This document shows, one piece after another, positions 57,189 to 59,645 of a DNA stretch of 59,645 bases (its first letter is position 1; the number at the start of each line of letters is the position of its first letter). The notes beneath the pieces were generated by a model, which did not search any database, was not told the origin of the DNA, and was given only the letters and a program-made list of their open reading frames with translations. The stretch is taken from positions 1 to 59,645 of IMG/VR virus record IMGVR_UViG_3300037478_000826, one strand, 5' to 3'. Source of the DNA: a virus. Taxonomy: Duplodnaviria; Caudoviricetes. Both the position numbers and the translations under genes were made by a program.

Positions 57189-57217
57189 AATATGCACAGA
57201 GGGATTACACATGTCAA
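57189..57217 (-). promoter_or_regulatory. Leftward lytic promoter TTGACA-N17-CATATT overlapped by operator TTACACATGTCA
   Basis: Consensus -35; GTG start 6 nt after the -10 (leaderless). Confidence 0.7.
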
Positions 57218-57249
57218 CCAGGCATTATGCTGAGTGCGAAGATCGGCCC

Positions 57250-57711
57250 GTGGCGACCAAGAAGCGGGCGGCGGCTGGCGTCGAGCTTGGCGCTCGGATC
57301 AAGCGGCTCCGAGAGAAGGCGGAACTCACACAGGACGTGGTGGCGCAGTGGTTCCCGGCCACGAAGGGAACCGGCAAGAAGACCCAGGGGTCCCTCTCGC
57401 GATGGGAGGCTGGAACGTCGGCCGGGCCCTCGCTTGTGGCGGGCGCGATCGACGCGGTGCTGCGACTGGCAGCCGCCGCGAATGCCGACCCGTTCTATGC
57501 CCTCACCGGCCAGGCTGGGCGCGAAGAAAACAACTGGGAAGCGGCGGTATGGTTCGCCCGCCGGTGCCACCTCTCAGAGACTGCGATCGCTGAGGTCGAG
57601 AAACGAACGGGGCGCGCAGGGGAATCCATCCCGGCGCGAGACTGGTTCAACGCGATTGTACAGCAGCACGACCTCCTCGTGTCTGGCACACCTCGCGGTC
57701 GCGATCGCTAG
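57250..57711 (+). CDS. CI-like repressor (XRE HTH)
   Basis: LGARIKRLREKAELTQDVVA..QGSLSRWEAG; divergent from cro. Confidence 0.75.
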   Translation: MATKKRAAAGVELGARIKRLREKAELTQDVVAQWFPATKGTGKKTQGSLSRWEAGTSAGPSLVAGAIDAVLRLAAAANADPFYALTGQAGREENNWEAAVWFARRCHLSETAIAEVEKRTGRAGESIPARDWFNAIVQQHDLLVSGTPRGRDR

Positions 57712-57919
57712 CCGCCACCAAGATAGCGATCGCGAATCGCGTCGCCTTCCGCCAGTGCTGCGAACGCGATGTCGGCGGCTGTTCGGGCCACCGCCCCGGC
57801 GGCAGCTCCACACCCATGACAGCGCAGCTTGCTGAGCAGGCCTAGCGCTGATCGGTAGGCCACTACCTCGGCGTTTGCCGCAGAAATCGCGGAATCGATC
57901 GGTGATGCAACATTCCTGA

Positions 57920-57948
57920 TTGACATATGTCATTCTGGTAGGCATGTT
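57920..57948 (+). promoter_or_regulatory. Rightward early promoter TTGACA-N17-CATGTT with perfect palindrome TGACATATGTCA
   Basis: Consensus -35; 12-bp palindrome 57921-57932 resembling the cro operator. Confidence 0.7.
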
Positions 57949-57956
57949 GTCCCGAG

Positions 57957-58316
57957 ATGGGCAACACCGATTACCAGCCTCCCCCTAGGCAGTCCGCCCC
58001 GGATGGGGACAACGGCCACAAGCCCGCGTCGTCTTCCTGCTCGGCGTCGAATCTCCGATCCGGCAGCGCCGAATTGCTGCACTGCGCCGCGCTGCGCGAG
58101 CAGGGCCCCGGCGTCCGCGGACTCGCGGCGCTGGTGGCCGACCTGGCCGACGCTGCGGTGCCGGGCGCGTGGGTCGAGCTCGACGAGACCAGCTTCGCCC
58201 TGTGGCTGTGCTGGGCCGACCGCATCGACGCCGATGCCCGGACGCTGCTCAGCACGGGCGCCTCCCTACGGGAGGCCCTCTACGGCGCCCGCGCCGAGCT
58301 CCGGAGGGCGGCATGA
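57957..58316 (+). CDS. Hypothetical protein
   Basis: First ORF after the promoter. Confidence 0.55.
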   Translation: MGNTDYQPPPRQSAPDGDNGHKPASSSCSASNLRSGSAELLHCAALREQGPGVRGLAALVADLADAAVPGAWVELDETSFALWLCWADRIDADARTLLSTGASLREALYGARAELRRAA

Positions 58317-58696
58317 TCCACCCCGACACGCCGATCCGGATCGAAGGCGATGGCGCCGCCTACGTCTGCACGTGGGGCGAGTTCTGCGCCGACAACGACT
58401 TCGCCGCCGGTGAACTGGTCGGCATCGAGGCCGCCGTCGAGGTCGTCACGTATCGCGAGTGGACGCGCGGCGGCGCGCTCTTCGGTGGCGGCGCTGCTCC
58501 CGAGTTCCGGGTGCGCGAGCTGAGCCTCAACGAGGTGCTGGAGCTGCGCGGCCTCACGACGGCGTCGGGCGCGTTCGGCGCCAAGGCGATCCGCCGCGCA
58601 GGCGTGGAGGTGTTCCGCGGCACGTCCCACGAGGTGTGGGCGTGGCTGCGGGCCGAGGGCCTGTATCCGCCCGACGAGAGCGAGGCGTCGTCGTGA
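58313..58696 (+). CDS. Two-module hypothetical protein, permuted paralogue of 1231..1593
   Basis: GGAGG SD; shared modules in reverse order. Confidence 0.75.
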   Translation: MIHPDTPIRIEGDGAAYVCTWGEFCADNDFAAGELVGIEAAVEVVTYREWTRGGALFGGGAAPEFRVRELSLNEVLELRGLTTASGAFGAKAIRRAGVEVFRGTSHEVWAWLRAEGLYPPDESEASS

Positions 58697-58938
58697 CGGC
58701 GCTCGCCAAGTGCACCGAGGCGCTCACGGACCTCGACGAGCGCAGCAAGCGGCGCAGCATCGAGCGCGACCTTGGCAAGCTGCAGCGCCACCTCTACGCG
58801 CTGAAGCGCTGCATCGTCGACGAGGCCCTCGCTGCGCGCGAGGGCGGGCACGGCTGCCCGGCACTGGAGCGGCTGGCCCTGCAGGCGGCGTTCGCTGACG
58901 AGCAGCTGAGCGCGCGGCTCGGGGGCGGGCGGCGATGA
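58693..58938 (+). CDS. Hypothetical protein
   Basis: GTGA coupling. Confidence 0.55.
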   Translation: MTALAKCTEALTDLDERSKRRSIERDLGKLQRHLYALKRCIVDEALAAREGGHGCPALERLALQAAFADEQLSARLGGGRR

Positions 58939-59177
58939 AGAACTTGATCGACCGCTGTCAATGCCGCGGCGGCGACGGGACGTGCTCGTCGTGCCGCGAC
59001 GCTGACCGCGAGGTGCGGTGGGCCGACGCGATGTGCCGCGTGCTCGGCATCAACATCGACGCGGACGACGACACGTGCGCGCACGGACTGCCGCGCGTTG
59101 GTGGCTGGGCGTGCCGCGAGGACAACTGCGTGCAGACACGACTCGCCGTCGAGGCGGCCGAGAACAGGGGAGCGTGA
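58935..59177 (+). CDS. Small Cys-rich protein
   Basis: CQC..CSSC..CAHG..C..C. Confidence 0.55.
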   Translation: MKNLIDRCQCRGGDGTCSSCRDADREVRWADAMCRVLGINIDADDDTCAHGLPRVGGWACREDNCVQTRLAVEAAENRGA

Positions 59178-59584
59178 TGGGGATTTGGATACTGAGTGGC
59201 GATCTCGACGAGACGCGCGACGCCGCCGTCCTGGTCGACAGCGTGTCGATGCGACCCTTCGGTCGCGTGTTCGACGACGCCGACGAGGCGCGCGACTTCA
59301 TCCGGTGGTGCCGCGACGGCGGCGCCCACTACCGACGCGGCACCACCTTGGAGCGGCGCCGCTTCGAAGACATCTGGCTGGTGGAGCGCACGTTGCAGCG
59401 GTGCGGCACCGACGAATGTCCGGGCCGCGCGCCACTGGGCCGCGTCCGGTGCGCCGACTGCGACGACGCGTTCGTCGACGAGGTCCGGGCGCCCAAGACG
59501 ACAGGAGCAGGGTGCGGTGCCGCCCCCATCCCCCCAGCGGCGCCGCCCCTGCTCCGGTCGGTTCGTGACGGAGGCAACCCGTGA
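59177..59584 (+). CDS. Hypothetical protein with C-terminal zinc finger
   Basis: DSVSMRPFGRVF..EARDFIRW; CGTDEC..CADC. Confidence 0.65.
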   Translation: MGIWILSGDLDETRDAAVLVDSVSMRPFGRVFDDADEARDFIRWCRDGGAHYRRGTTLERRRFEDIWLVERTLQRCGTDECPGRAPLGRVRCADCDDAFVDEVRAPKTTGAGCGAAPIPPAAPPLLRSVRDGGNP

Positions 59585-59645
59585 TCCACGAGCTAGACGT
59601 GGCGCGTGCGCGCCGCAGTTGCGAGCCGTTGCTGGACGTCCTGCA
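59517..59645 (+). repeat. Terminal direct repeat copy 2
   Basis: Matches 1-129. Confidence 0.95.

Noticed and set aside
57708-57926. Small - strand ORF convergent with the repressor
   Set aside because: Start lies inside the operator palindrome, there is no SD and no motif; cannot be supported.

Overview
The window is an apparently complete, circularly permuted genome (about 59.5 kb, very GC-rich) of a temperate contractile-tailed phage. Positions 1-129 recur at 59517-59645. A Myxococcota (Polyangium/Sorangium-like) host is inferred from protein motifs, not proven. A cI/cro-like switch at about 57.0-57.7 kb separates two arms. The rightward (+) arm runs 57957 to the end and 1-15326: many small Cys-rich ORFs, C5 and N6 DNA methyltransferases, an SbcCD/Mre11-Rad50 pair, ASCH and XRE regulators. 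The leftward (-) arm runs cro, LITAF-like, HNH, sigma-r4-like, xis, tyrosine integrase, attP (3' half of tRNA-Gln), replication initiator, DnaB, Dam-like methylase, terminase, Mu-like portal/head, sheath/tube/tape measure/baseplate, tail fibres and lysis genes. The most striking signal is a gene at 12808-13185 with an in-frame TGA followed by a bacterial SECIS-like hairpin, i.e. a candidate phage-encoded selenoprotein among XRE regulators. Other notable points: an intact response-regulator receiver gene in the lysis cassette, two copies of a Ser/Thr-kinase HRDxKPD peptide in non-kinase genes, attP inside the lytic operon, a pair of domain-permuted paralogues, and a 68-bp tape-measure fragment reused in another gene. 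All product calls come from motif recognition by eye; no searches were run.
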